Assembly (NCBI GenBank): GCA_964641155.1
Contig: CAZXJO010000006.1
Span: 38,393 to 102,392 of the forward strand
DNA from: an uncultured Desulfurococcaceae archaeon
GTDB taxonomy: Archaea > Thermoproteota > Thermoprotei_A > Sulfolobales > NBVN01
Reading direction: 5' to 3'
Length of the DNA: 64,000 nt
The notes beneath the pieces are model-generated. The model was not told where the DNA came from, ran no database searches, and saw only the letters and a program-made list of their open reading frames with translations. Numbering within the stretch: the first letter of the stretch is position 1; every line of letters begins with the position of its first letter. The position numbers were made by a program, and so were the translations under genes. Below, piece by piece: positions 1 through 8,150 of the stretch.

Positions 1-66
1 GAACGTCGACTTCCCGACGTTGGTCTTCCCTATAATACCAACTAAGGGGTAATTAGGAGGTATCAC
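1..66 (-). CDS. P-loop GTPase, N-terminal fragment (gene runs off the window; Obg/YchF/DRG-like G1 motif)
   Basis: The reverse strand of 1-66 reads (V)IPPNYPLVGIIGKTNVGKSTF, a Walker A/G1 in the NVGKST form typical of TRAFAC GTPases. GTG at 66-64 follows an in-frame TGA. Too short to appear in the ORF track. Confidence 0.45.
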   Translation of the reverse strand, partial: MIPPNYPLVGIIGKTNVGKSTF

Positions 67-192
67 ACTCACCGAATATGATGATTGGTTTGAAGGTTTT
101 ATACCTCATCATATCTTAAGGGCCGGGCTTAATGGTTAGGTTTTTAACCTTACTTAGTTCTATACTTGGTGTAGGTGCGAAGGGAGAGGGTA

Positions 193-861
193 ATGGTTAG
201 ATCTGCGTACCACCACATCGCTGAGTTGTGGAATGAGAGAGAGGATGTTATGGCTGACTTAATCAGGGAGAGGTTGATTAAGTGGCGTAGGGAGCCCACA
301 GTTGTGAGGGTTGATAAGCCCACAAGACTTGATAGGGCGAGGGCTATAGGCTACGAGGCGAAGCAGGGATTCGTCGTAGTCAGGGTTAAGGTCAGGAAAG
401 GAGGTCTGAACAGGCCTAGACCTAACAGCGGCCGCAGACCTAAGAGGTTAGGTGTTTACGGCTACGCCCCAGCCAAGTCCGCCAGACTGATTGCGGAGGA
501 AAGGGCTAACGACAAATACCCCAACCTAGAGGTGTTGGGTAGTTACTACGTAGGTGAGGACGGAATCTACAAGTACTACGAGGTAATCTTAGTCGACCCA
601 CACCACCCGTCAATAAAGTCAGACACAGAAATCAACTGGATCACTGAGGAACAGCACAGGGGCAGGGTCTACAGAGGTAAGACAGCGGCAGGCAGGAAGA
701 TGCGGGGACTTCTAGGGAACAGAGGTTTGAGAGGGACCCACAAGTGGAAGTGGAAGAAGAAGATGAAGGAGAGGGCCCTCAAGAAGAGGCATGAAGCATC
801 TAGGGGAGCCAGGCTAATAGCCCCCAGAGACGTATATGAAGACCTAGGTATGCGGAAGTAA
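193..861 (+). CDS. rpl15e: 50S ribosomal protein L15e
   Basis: ORF 175..861. [13 protein letters not shown]...[15 protein letters not shown]...GRRPKR is the characteristic L15e sequence. ATG at 193 gives the canonical MxRSAY N-terminus and follows a GGGAGAGGG purine tract. Confidence 0.95.
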   Translation: MVRSAYHHIAELWNEREDVMADLIRERLIKWRREPTVVRVDKPTRLDRARAIGYEAKQGFVVVRVKVRKGGLNRPRPNSGRRPKRLGVYGYAPAKSARLIAEERANDKYPNLEVLGSYYVGEDGIYKYYEVILVDPHHPSIKSDTEINWITEEQHRGRVYRGKTAAGRKMRGLLGNRGLRGTHKWKWKKKMKERALKKRHEASRGARLIAPRDVYEDLGMRK

Positions 862-1326
862 GTGCTCTTAATGAGCAGGGACATAAACGTAAAGCTCTTA
901 AGGGTTTCAGTATTCGCACACGCAACCGAGGATTTAAACAAGGTTAGGCATGCGTTACTGAACGTCATCCCCCCTGAGTTGAGGGGCTCTAAAGCGTTCG
1001 ATGAGGAAGTGGTCAGAGGACATCACGGAAATGAGATAAGGATACTTAAACTTGAGTTCCACGGCGAAGTCGCTTTAAAAACTTTAAAACACATAATGTG
1101 CTCCTTGACGGAGAGCGATAGGAGGGTGTTAACACTCTCCGTTGAGGAGAGGGTGGGGGACGTTAAGTCCCATCTGCATTTAAGGTTGGGGAAGCAGGAG
1201 GCATATATGGGGAGGTTAACCATAAGGGACGGAAGTGACGTGGTTAAGGTTTCAGCCACCGTAGAGGGGTGTAGGTCTTTGGACGACGTCAGGAATTTCT
1301 TAGAGGAATTTTTCAAGGTATGCTGA
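862..1326 (+). CDS. COG1325/DUF54-type predicted exosome-associated RNA-binding protein
   Basis: 154-aa ORF starting at the L15e stop (GTG 862 or ATG 871). It has the position and size of the predicted exosome subunit found between rpl15e and Rpp30 in the archaeal exosome/RNase P superoperon. Contains VSVFAHATED near the N-terminus. Family assignment is from memory. Confidence 0.6.
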   Translation: MLLMSRDINVKLLRVSVFAHATEDLNKVRHALLNVIPPELRGSKAFDEEVVRGHHGNEIRILKLEFHGEVALKTLKHIMCSLTESDRRVLTLSVEERVGDVKSHLHLRLGKQEAYMGRLTIRDGSDVVKVSATVEGCRSLDDVRNFLEEFFKVC

Positions 1327-1327
1327 G

Positions 1328-1942
1328 ATGTACGTTGACTTAAACGTTAAGCCGTATAAGGACGTCGATTTAAGGAGGCTTCTGGAGACCGCGCGCAGGT
1401 TAGGCTACCGGGCTGTAGCGGTGGAAGGTCTTGATAAGAGAATGGTTGAGCAAGATTTAGTGGTGGTTCCGAGAACGACTTACAGCTACTTAGGTAGGCT
1501 GACTAACATTAGCGGCGGCTCGGATGGGTACCTCATCGCTTACGAGCTAACGGAACCGACCATGTTTAAGTCCTTAAACAGCTTGAGAGGTAGGTGTCAC
1601 GTAGTTAAGCTCTCACCCAACGCCCTCAAAGGCATTAAGAAGAAGTACATCTCCTCACTGAGGAACTGCGGCATACCTGTGGAGGTTTCGTTGAAGGACA
1701 TGCTTACGGACAACGGCGTTAACTACAGCGTGTTAAGGGGTCTTAACAAGCTTTTAGAGTACATCGAGAAGGGTGATATAGAGTTGGCCGTGAGCAGCTC
1801 GGCGGGCGACGTGTTCGAGTTAATACACCCTTATGAAACCGTATCGTTGCTGAGGGAGCTTGGGTTAAGTGAGTTGACCTCGGTGAAGGCCGTGAGCAGC
1901 CTCCCAGCAAGGATTCTGAGGGTGGTGAGCGATGCAGGCTGA
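1328..1942 (+). CDS. rnp3: RNase P protein component 3 (Rpp30)
   Basis: MYVDLNVKP...LGYRAVAVEG is a TIM-barrel/PHP-like Rpp30 N-terminus. About 200 aa, and located immediately upstream of Pop5 as in other archaea. Confidence 0.8.
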   Translation: MYVDLNVKPYKDVDLRRLLETARRLGYRAVAVEGLDKRMVEQDLVVVPRTTYSYLGRLTNISGGSDGYLIAYELTEPTMFKSLNSLRGRCHVVKLSPNALKGIKKKYISSLRNCGIPVEVSLKDMLTDNGVNYSVLRGLNKLLEYIEKGDIELAVSSSAGDVFELIHPYETVSLLRELGLSELTSVKAVSSLPARILRVVSDAG

Positions 1943-2420
1943 GCTCCTCCTCTCCCTAATATCCATAATACTTGCCGCGATGTTGGCCGTTTACGTCTAC
2001 AGGATGAGTAGGAAGCTATCACTACTCCTCCAAGCCGTCAACAGCAAGACGTTGGCTAAAATGCTAGCTACTTTGAAGAGGAGTGGTAGGCGGAGGAAGA
2101 GGTACATGATCTTCGAAGTAGTGAGCGATAAGGAGGTAAGTGCGGGCTTGCTGGAATACGAGGTTAGGGCAGTGTTTAGAAAACTCTTCGGAGACATGCA
2201 CCTGGCCAGAGCTTCACTATCCATCCAGTACTTCGACAACCGGTTAAATGTTGGTATCATTAAGTTCTCACATCTGTACAGGCATAAGACTCTAGCGGCG
2301 TTAGGTGTTATGAGGACGGTGGGTGATGCTAAGGTAATGATCATCCCCCTCAGAACCACTGGCTCCCTGAGGAAGGCCCTGAAATACGTTAAGAGTAGGG
2401 AGGTAACTGTTAGGAAGTAA
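1932..2420 (+). CDS. rnp2: RNase P protein component 2 (Pop5); start uncertain (ATG 1932 or ATG 2061)
   Basis: The core RRRKRYMIFEVVSDKEV...GVIKFSH...LRTTGSLRK matches the Pop5 RRM-like fold pattern. The long ORF adds about 43 aa containing a hydrophobic helix (see findings). Confidence 0.75.
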   Translation: MQAELLLSLISIILAAMLAVYVYRMSRKLSLLLQAVNSKTLAKMLATLKRSGRRRKRYMIFEVVSDKEVSAGLLEYEVRAVFRKLFGDMHLARASLSIQYFDNRLNVGIIKFSHLYRHKTLAALGVMRTVGDAKVMIIPLRTTGSLRKALKYVKSREVTVRK

Positions 2421-2693
2421 CGTAACCTCACCGCCACGTACGGGTTCAGGGAATTTACTGCTGGTAATAAAATGATTTAATCGTAAATTACCAAGTATTT
2501 AACCACCGAATACATTAGTGGTTAGGTGCTACTGCGACGGAGTCCTACACGACCACAGTTAAGGGGCCGTCACCCCGTTATGGGGGTGAGGTAGGGCAAC
2601 CCATCCGAGCACTCAGTGAGCGTGTGCTGAGGTGGCCGCACACCTCAATGCTTATTAATGCAGGGAATGGAGTTGTGGGTGTGGGTGATCGCT

Positions 2694-3632
2694 GTGGCGA
2701 GGGCTAGGGCGAGGTCTTACTGCAGCTCAGCAAACCTTGGCTCAGGGTTCGACGTTACAGCAATAGCGCTTGACGCATACTACGATGAAGTGGAGGTTGA
2801 GGTGGGTCGGCAGGGCAGCGGGAAGGTAGTACTTGAAAGTGTGGAAGGCGTCTTCTCAGACTATGTGGACAGAAACATCAACACAGCGGTCGCAGCGGCT
2901 GAGGAACTACTTAATTTCCTAGGTAGGGACGACGTAGACGTAAGGATAAGGCTGTGGAAGGGGATACCTCCCTCAGCCGGGTTAGGTGGTAGCGGTGCGT
3001 CAGCGGTCGCAACTATTAAGGCGGTTATGTCAGCCCTCGACGTTGAGCTAAGCCACAACGAACTCATAGAGATTGCCGGTAGGGCCGAAGCCGTCGTCGC
3101 AGGCGAACCACATTACGATAACGTATCAGCCAGCCTGCTCGGGGGTTTGATATTTGTGTTGTCATTAAACCCCGTGAACGTCGTTAGGTTCAACGTATAC
3201 GCCAACCTCGTCGTGGCGACCCCGATGGTGCGGATGCCCCCCAACAAAACAGCCATTATGAGGAACGTGCTTCCTAAGCAGGTTGAGTTGAGGGAGGTGG
3301 TCAGGAACTACAGTAGGTTAGTGGCGTTGGTCGCCGGTTTTCTCTCGGGGAATTTCAAGATAGCTGGGTACGGCATGGAGGACCACATAATTGAGCCAGC
3401 TAGGGCTGCATACATACCCTGCTATGAGGCCGTTAAGAGGGCTGCAATAGCGGGCGGGGCCTACGGGCTGGCCATCAGCGGTGCAGGCCCTTCAGTACTA
3501 GCTCTATGCGAGGACGAGGACACGGCTAGGAAGGTCTCTAGAGAGATTGAAAACTCCTACAGGATGTGCGGGATAGAAGCCCTAGTCAAGGTAGCGCACA
3601 CGGGACCTGCTACCGAGGTCCTAACCACTTAG
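2694..3632 (+). CDS. thrB: Homoserine kinase (GHMP kinase)
   Basis: ORF 2658..3632. SSANLGSGFD near the N-terminus and the GHMP motif PPSAGLGGSGASAVA. GTG at 2694 gives M-ARARARSYCSSANLG, the usual ThrB spacing. The TATA-like CTTATTAAT at about 2651 fits a leaderless start. Confidence 0.85.
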   Translation: MARARARSYCSSANLGSGFDVTAIALDAYYDEVEVEVGRQGSGKVVLESVEGVFSDYVDRNINTAVAAAEELLNFLGRDDVDVRIRLWKGIPPSAGLGGSGASAVATIKAVMSALDVELSHNELIEIAGRAEAVVAGEPHYDNVSASLLGGLIFVLSLNPVNVVRFNVYANLVVATPMVRMPPNKTAIMRNVLPKQVELREVVRNYSRLVALVAGFLSGNFKIAGYGMEDHIIEPARAAYIPCYEAVKRAAIAGGAYGLAISGAGPSVLALCEDEDTARKVSREIENSYRMCGIEALVKVAHTGPATEVLTT

Positions 3633-3760
3633 AACTCATGCGTTGGGTCATCAGATCGTCGTGGGTCATTCATAACATCATTTTGGAGCGACGTCATCAT
3701 CTAAACCAAGAGTACTCCTCAAAACTAATAAACCTTTATAACGCCGACACACTTAAAACA

Positions 3761-3818
3761 AAGTGATGATGTGACCGTCAGTGCATGACCCGGTGATTTA
3801 TGGGACCCTCACTGAAGC
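3761..3818 (+). ncRNA. Candidate C/D box sRNA
   Basis: C box GTGATGA (3763-3769), 12-nt guide (3770-3781), and degenerate D'/C' boxes (TGCA / GTGATTT at 3793-3799). Then a 12-nt guide ATGGGACCCTCA (3800-3811) and D box CTGA (3812-3815). C-to-D span is 53 nt, in an intergenic position. Confidence 0.5.
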
Positions 3819-3840
3819 CACATCCTTGAGAGGTCATTGA

Positions 3841-4998
3841 ATGAGGCGCTGCGATGAGCTAGTAAACGTGTTGGCTAGGATCATCTACGAGGTCAAAGTG
3901 CATAAGGTCTCAGTTGATGTAGCCTTCAAGAAGGTGTGTAGGGGCTCATGCGTTAAGGGACTGCGGGAGAGGGAGGAACTCTACGAGATGGTTAGGGAGT
4001 TCATCTCAGACTACCACAAGCTGATGTGTTCCGCCAAGCGCGGGGTTAGCTACAGGAAGTTAGCTAGGCTCTGGCTTGAGGGCAGTTACAGCCCCTCAGA
4101 AGCCATTCACTGCACCTACTCATACCCTGAGTGGTTCGTCAACGAGCTGGCCCGAGCCTTAAGCAGGGAGGAGTTAGTCGAAGTCCTTAAAGCGATGAAC
4201 AGGAGGGTGTGGTGGTTGAGGATCAACACCCTGTTAGCTCCTGAGGAAGGGGTGTTAAGGGAGATCGAGTCAGAGAGGGTTGAGTACGAGGTCTCGAAGG
4301 ACATCCCATACATGGTGAGGGTGCTATCATCGAAGAAGCCTATAAGACTCCTGCAGGTGGTTAAGGAATTCAAGGCACTGCCGCAGGACCTCTCAAGCGC
4401 TGCAGTCGTTGAGGCGCTGAGGCCGGAGCCCGGCGACTCCGTAGTTGATTTAGCGTCAGCTCCCGGCATGAAGACTTCTTTAATAATGATGCTCTCGGAC
4501 AACAGGGCTAGGGTAGTAGCATGCGATAAGAGTTTGAGGAGACTCTCAATAATGAAGGACTTGCTGAGGAAGCTTGGGGTGGACTTAGGGAGGGTCACAC
4601 TCCTGCATACGGACTCAACCCGCCTGAAGTGCAGACGTTTCGATAAGGCATTAGTCGACGCACCATGCAGTAATTCAGGAGCCATAGGTAAGGACCCCGG
4701 GATTAAGGTGTCCCTCACGAAGGGTAAGGTAATTCACAACAGTTCCATACAGGTTGAGATGGTGCGTAACGCGTTAACGTTGGCTGACTTCATCACCTTC
4801 TCCACATGCTCCATACTCCCCGATGAGGGTGAGTTCATCATCTCTAAGCTAGGTCCTAACGGCTTCAAGCTCTTGAAACCTCTGAAGTGGGTTAGTTCCG
4901 GGTACCCGGTGGTGGATTTCTACGAGTCCCTCATGAGGTTAATGCCACATAAACATCTATGCGAAGGGTTCTTCATAGCATCATTAATCTCAAACTAG
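3841..4998 (+). CDS. NOL1/NOP2/Sun-family RNA (cytosine-C5) methyltransferase
   Basis: SAM-MTase motif I VVDLASAPGMKT, motif IV DAPCSNSG and motif VI TCSILPDEGE, carrying the two catalytic Cys of RsmB/Trm4-type m5C methyltransferases. Confidence 0.85.
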   Translation: MRRCDELVNVLARIIYEVKVHKVSVDVAFKKVCRGSCVKGLREREELYEMVREFISDYHKLMCSAKRGVSYRKLARLWLEGSYSPSEAIHCTYSYPEWFVNELARALSREELVEVLKAMNRRVWWLRINTLLAPEEGVLREIESERVEYEVSKDIPYMVRVLSSKKPIRLLQVVKEFKALPQDLSSAAVVEALRPEPGDSVVDLASAPGMKTSLIMMLSDNRARVVACDKSLRRLSIMKDLLRKLGVDLGRVTLLHTDSTRLKCRRFDKALVDAPCSNSGAIGKDPGIKVSLTKGKVIHNSSIQVEMVRNALTLADFITFSTCSILPDEGEFIISKLGPNGFKLLKPLKWVSSGYPVVDFYESLMRLMPHKHLCEGFFIASLISN

Positions 4999-5029
4999 AG
5001 ATAGCTACATATTTATAAAGTTTTACTAT

Positions 5030-5476
5030 ATGGATTTTATGGTGGATCAGGTGGTTACGTGCGTTGCCGCACCCCAACAACTAAGTGGTAAGAGGTTCAG
5101 GATCCTTGTCGCGAAACTGGGTTTAGACGGCCATGATAGGGGGGCTAAGGTAATCGCAAGGGCCCTAAGGGATGCAGGATTTGAGGTGATTTACCTAGGA
5201 GTCCACCAGACCCCGGACGAAGTTGTTAGAGCAGCTGTTGAGGAGGACGTGGGAGCTATCGGGATCAGCATACTCTCAGGCTCGCACCTAGAGCTGGTTC
5301 AAGACGTCATGAAGCTCTTGAAAGAGAAAGGACTTAACACACCGGTCATAGTGGGCGGCATAATACCGCCGGAGGACGTTGAGAGCCTGAAGGCGTTAGG
5401 TGTTTACGCCGTATGCGGTCCGGGGACTTTGCTGAAGGACATCGTCGATATATTCAGGAAGGCGGTGAGTGCCTGA
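5030..5476 (+). CDS. Methylmalonyl-CoA mutase, small (B12-binding) subunit
   Basis: RILVAKLGLDGHDRGAKVIARALRDAGFEVIYLG contains the DxHxxG cobalamin-binding motif. About 140 aa, and first gene of the mutase/epimerase operon. Confidence 0.9.
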   Translation: MDFMVDQVVTCVAAPQQLSGKRFRILVAKLGLDGHDRGAKVIARALRDAGFEVIYLGVHQTPDEVVRAAVEEDVGAIGISILSGSHLELVQDVMKLLKEKGLNTPVIVGGIIPPEDVESLKALGVYAVCGPGTLLKDIVDIFRKAVSA

Positions 5477-5897
5477 GGTGTCACCCATGAAGCTACACCA
5501 CATCGGGATAGCCGTCAAGGACTTAGAAGCCGCGATGAAGCTCTACGGCGACGTACTTAAGCTGAAGTTGGTGGGGGTTGAGGAAGTGCCTGAGGAAGGG
5601 GTTAGGATAGCCATGTATGATGCGGGGGGTGTTAGGGTTGAACTGTTGGCGGGGACCAGGCCGGACTCAGCCATCTCCAAATTCATCGAGAAGAGGGGTG
5701 AGGGCATACACCACATCGCCTTCCACGTGGATGACGTGGATGAGGTCTGCGCAGCGTTAAGCAGTGCTGGACTCCAGCTCACGTACCAGCAACCCAAGCT
5801 AGTCTCAGGAGGTTCTAGGAAGATCAACTTCATAAACCCCAAATCAACCGGGGGAGTCCTAATTGAGGTACTCACGGAGTTGAGGAAGGATGGATGA
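5469..5897 (+). CDS. mce: Methylmalonyl-CoA epimerase (VOC/glyoxalase fold)
   Basis: MKLHHIGIAVKDLEAA...GEGIHHIAFHVDD metal ligand pattern. It overlaps both mutase genes by 8 nt, indicating translational coupling. The likely start is the internal ATG giving MKLHHIG. Confidence 0.85.
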   Translation: MPEVSPMKLHHIGIAVKDLEAAMKLYGDVLKLKLVGVEEVPEEGVRIAMYDAGGVRVELLAGTRPDSAISKFIEKRGEGIHHIAFHVDDVDEVCAALSSAGLQLTYQQPKLVSGGSRKINFINPKSTGGVLIEVLTELRKDG

Positions 5898-7566
5898 GAA
5901 GTTAGTTCAACGCATGATGGAGTGGGAGAAGGAGGTAGTCGAGCAGTTCATCAAGAAGTTCCCCGAAAGGAAGAAGGAGTTCCTGACGGAGGAGGGAATA
6001 GTCGTTAAGAGGCTGTACACCCCCGCCGACCTAGAGGCCAATAAGTGGGACTACCTAGAGAGGTTGGGTTTCCCCGGCTCATACCCGTTCACACGCGGCG
6101 TTTATCCAACCATGTATAGGGGGCGTCCTTGGACTATAAGGCAGTACGCAGGATATGGCTCAGCTGAGGACACCAACCAAAGGTTCAGGTACTTGTTAAG
6201 TGTTGGCCAGACAGGCCTCAGCATGGCGTTCGACCTACCGACCCAGCTAGGGCTTGACCCAGACGACAAGCTGGCCTGGTACGAGGTCGGGAAAGTAGGT
6301 GTTTCAATGCCCTCACTGCTTGAGATGGACATAGTGTTCAAGGAAATACCCATGGACAAGATATCGACGTCCATGACAATAAACGCCACAGCAATTGAGG
6401 TGCTCTCAATGTACGTGTTGGTGGCTGAGTCCAGGGGGGTTCCCAGGGCCTCCCTCGACGGCACGATCCAAAACGACATCCTCAAAGAATACATAGCCAG
6501 GAAGAACTACATATACCCGCCAGAACCCTCCATGAGGTACTCCACCGACGCCATAATCTTCTGCGCGAAGGAGATGCCTAAGTGGAATTCCATAAGCATT
6601 AGCGGCTACCACTTCGAGGAGGCCGGCGCCACGCCGGCTATGGAGGTAGCGTTCACGTTAGCTGACGCGATGGAGTACGTTAAGTGGGTCATTGAGAGGG
6701 GTAAGATACCTGTGGATGCCTTCGCACCCCGCCTCTCGTTCTTCTTCTCAGCTAGGACCAACCTCTTCGAGCAGATAGCTAAGTTCAGGGCTGCTAGGAG
6801 GATGTGGGCTGAGATCATGAAGGATAGGTTCAACGCTAAGGATCCGAGGTCGATGATGCTCAGGTTCCACACCCAAACAGCGGGGGTTACGCTGACCGCG
6901 CAGCAGCCCGAAGTTAACATAATCAGGACCACCATCCAGGCATTGGCCGCTGTGTTGGGAGGCACTCAATCACTCCACGTCAACTCCTTCGACGAAGCGC
7001 TCTCACTACCTAGTGAGGAAGCGGTTAGGCTATCGATCAGGGTGCAGCAGGTACTACTCTACGAGTCCGGCGTCGTAGATACTGTAGACCCGTTAGGTGG
7101 TTCCTACTACGTCGAATGGCTGACCGAGGAAATCGAGAGGAGGGCTTGGAAAATCATAGACGATATTGAGAGGTTGGGCGGTATGCTGAAAGCCATCGAG
7201 TTAGGTTACCCTCAGAGCGAGATAGCTAGGGCGGCGTACGAGTACCAGGTCAAAGTGGATAAAGGTGAGATACCTATAATAGGGGTGAACATGTTTGCCG
7301 AGCCTGAAGTACCTAAGGTCAAGATCCTTAGAGTGGACCCAGAAGTCAGGAGGAGGGTTGTGGAGAGGTTGAGTAAGTTTAAGTCCGAGAGGGATGGGTT
7401 GAAGGTCTCAGCTGCCTTAGATAGGGCGAGGAAGGCTGCCGAGGACCCGGAGGTGAACATATTCCCACACATACTTGAGGCTGTGAGATGTAAGGCGACC
7501 TTAGGTGAGATCAGTAAAGTTCTGAGGGAAGTCTGGGGTGAGTGGAGGGCCCCCGAAACAGTTTAG
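5890..7566 (+). CDS. Methylmalonyl-CoA mutase, large (catalytic) subunit
   Basis: YPFTRGVYPTMYRGRPWTIRQYAGYGSAEDTNQRFRYLL...GLSMAFDLPTQ are diagnostic MCM N-terminal TIM-barrel motifs. Confidence 0.95.
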   Translation: MDEKLVQRMMEWEKEVVEQFIKKFPERKKEFLTEEGIVVKRLYTPADLEANKWDYLERLGFPGSYPFTRGVYPTMYRGRPWTIRQYAGYGSAEDTNQRFRYLLSVGQTGLSMAFDLPTQLGLDPDDKLAWYEVGKVGVSMPSLLEMDIVFKEIPMDKISTSMTINATAIEVLSMYVLVAESRGVPRASLDGTIQNDILKEYIARKNYIYPPEPSMRYSTDAIIFCAKEMPKWNSISISGYHFEEAGATPAMEVAFTLADAMEYVKWVIERGKIPVDAFAPRLSFFFSARTNLFEQIAKFRAARRMWAEIMKDRFNAKDPRSMMLRFHTQTAGVTLTAQQPEVNIIRTTIQALAAVLGGTQSLHVNSFDEALSLPSEEAVRLSIRVQQVLLYESGVVDTVDPLGGSYYVEWLTEEIERRAWKIIDDIERLGGMLKAIELGYPQSEIARAAYEYQVKVDKGEIPIIGVNMFAEPEVPKVKILRVDPEVRRRVVERLSKFKSERDGLKVSAALDRARKAAEDPEVNIFPHILEAVRCKATLGEISKVLREVWGEWRAPETV

Positions 7567-7983
7567 ATCCACTACCAACATAATCACCAACGCCTCAGAA
7601 CCATCCCTCCTCAAGTATTTGATCAACCCCCTATTGAGGTCCTTGGCCGCCTTATCCGAGTTTATCGCCGCTGTGTTCCCGGAAACGTAGTTAGATTTAC
7701 GTATTATGATCCTGACATCATCTTCGTACGTCAACCCCCCACTCCCCCTACCAACGACGATGTCGTACGAACCATTAGCACCGATTATTAAGGTCACGAC
7801 CAATGAGGTAGGCCTCCTCACCAACTCCTTGAAGGAGTTGTTGAAGTCCTTCAAAGCCTTGGTCGATGATACCCCCACTATGCAGTCCCCGCGTTCGGTT
7901 AGGAAGTCCTCCTTGGTGAACTCTAAGCTCCTCTCATGCGTGGCTCTGACGTTCCTATGACCCCTCACCTTAAACACTTCCAT
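7501..7983 (-). CDS. DUF371-family protein (conserved archaeal, unknown function)
   Basis: VRGHRNVRATHERSLEFTKEDFLTERGDCIVGV resembles the DUF371 signature (H..T.E.TK...LT.RGDCI.G) as I recall it. The 3' end overlaps the convergent mutase gene by 66 nt. Confidence 0.65.
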   Translation of the reverse strand: MEVFKVRGHRNVRATHERSLEFTKEDFLTERGDCIVGVSSTKALKDFNNSFKELVRRPTSLVVTLIIGANGSYDIVVGRGSGGLTYEDDVRIIIRKSNYVSGNTAAINSDKAAKDLNRGLIKYLRRDGSEALVIMLVVDLNCFGGPPLTPDFPQNFTDLT

Positions 7984-8150
7984 CGAAAAGCACTCGCTGC
8001 CTAAGGTCCTCCACCATTCACCATCTGGGGTTGGGGTGGTTTTAAAGTATTTAAGTTTAAAACTACGATCTAACGTGGCAGGGTTGTTGAGGCATAAGCG
8101 AATCCACTGCTGATAAGGAGTCGCTGATTAAGGAACTCATCCGGGTAGGT

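Noticed and set aside
76-114. 9-bp inverted repeat ATATGATGA...TCATCATAT with C-box-like AUGAUGA on both strands
   Set aside because: No D box partner is present. It lies in the divergent GTPase/L15e promoter region and is more likely a promoter-proximal palindrome or chance.
669-2437. Antisense ORFs 669..968, 1023..1316, 1831..2022 and 1997..2437. Similar shadow ORFs occur opposite most long genes (e.g. 4116..4718, 6102..6494, 32475..33104, 34341..34802, 35150..35725, 43483..44175, 50811..51425)
   Set aside because: Each lies entirely opposite a gene with strong family motifs and has Ser/Leu/Thr/Pro-rich shadow-frame composition.
3566-3766. 66-aa ORF in the thrB / methyltransferase spacer
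   Set aside because: It begins inside thrB in another frame, has odd composition, and its end overlaps the candidate C/D box sRNA.
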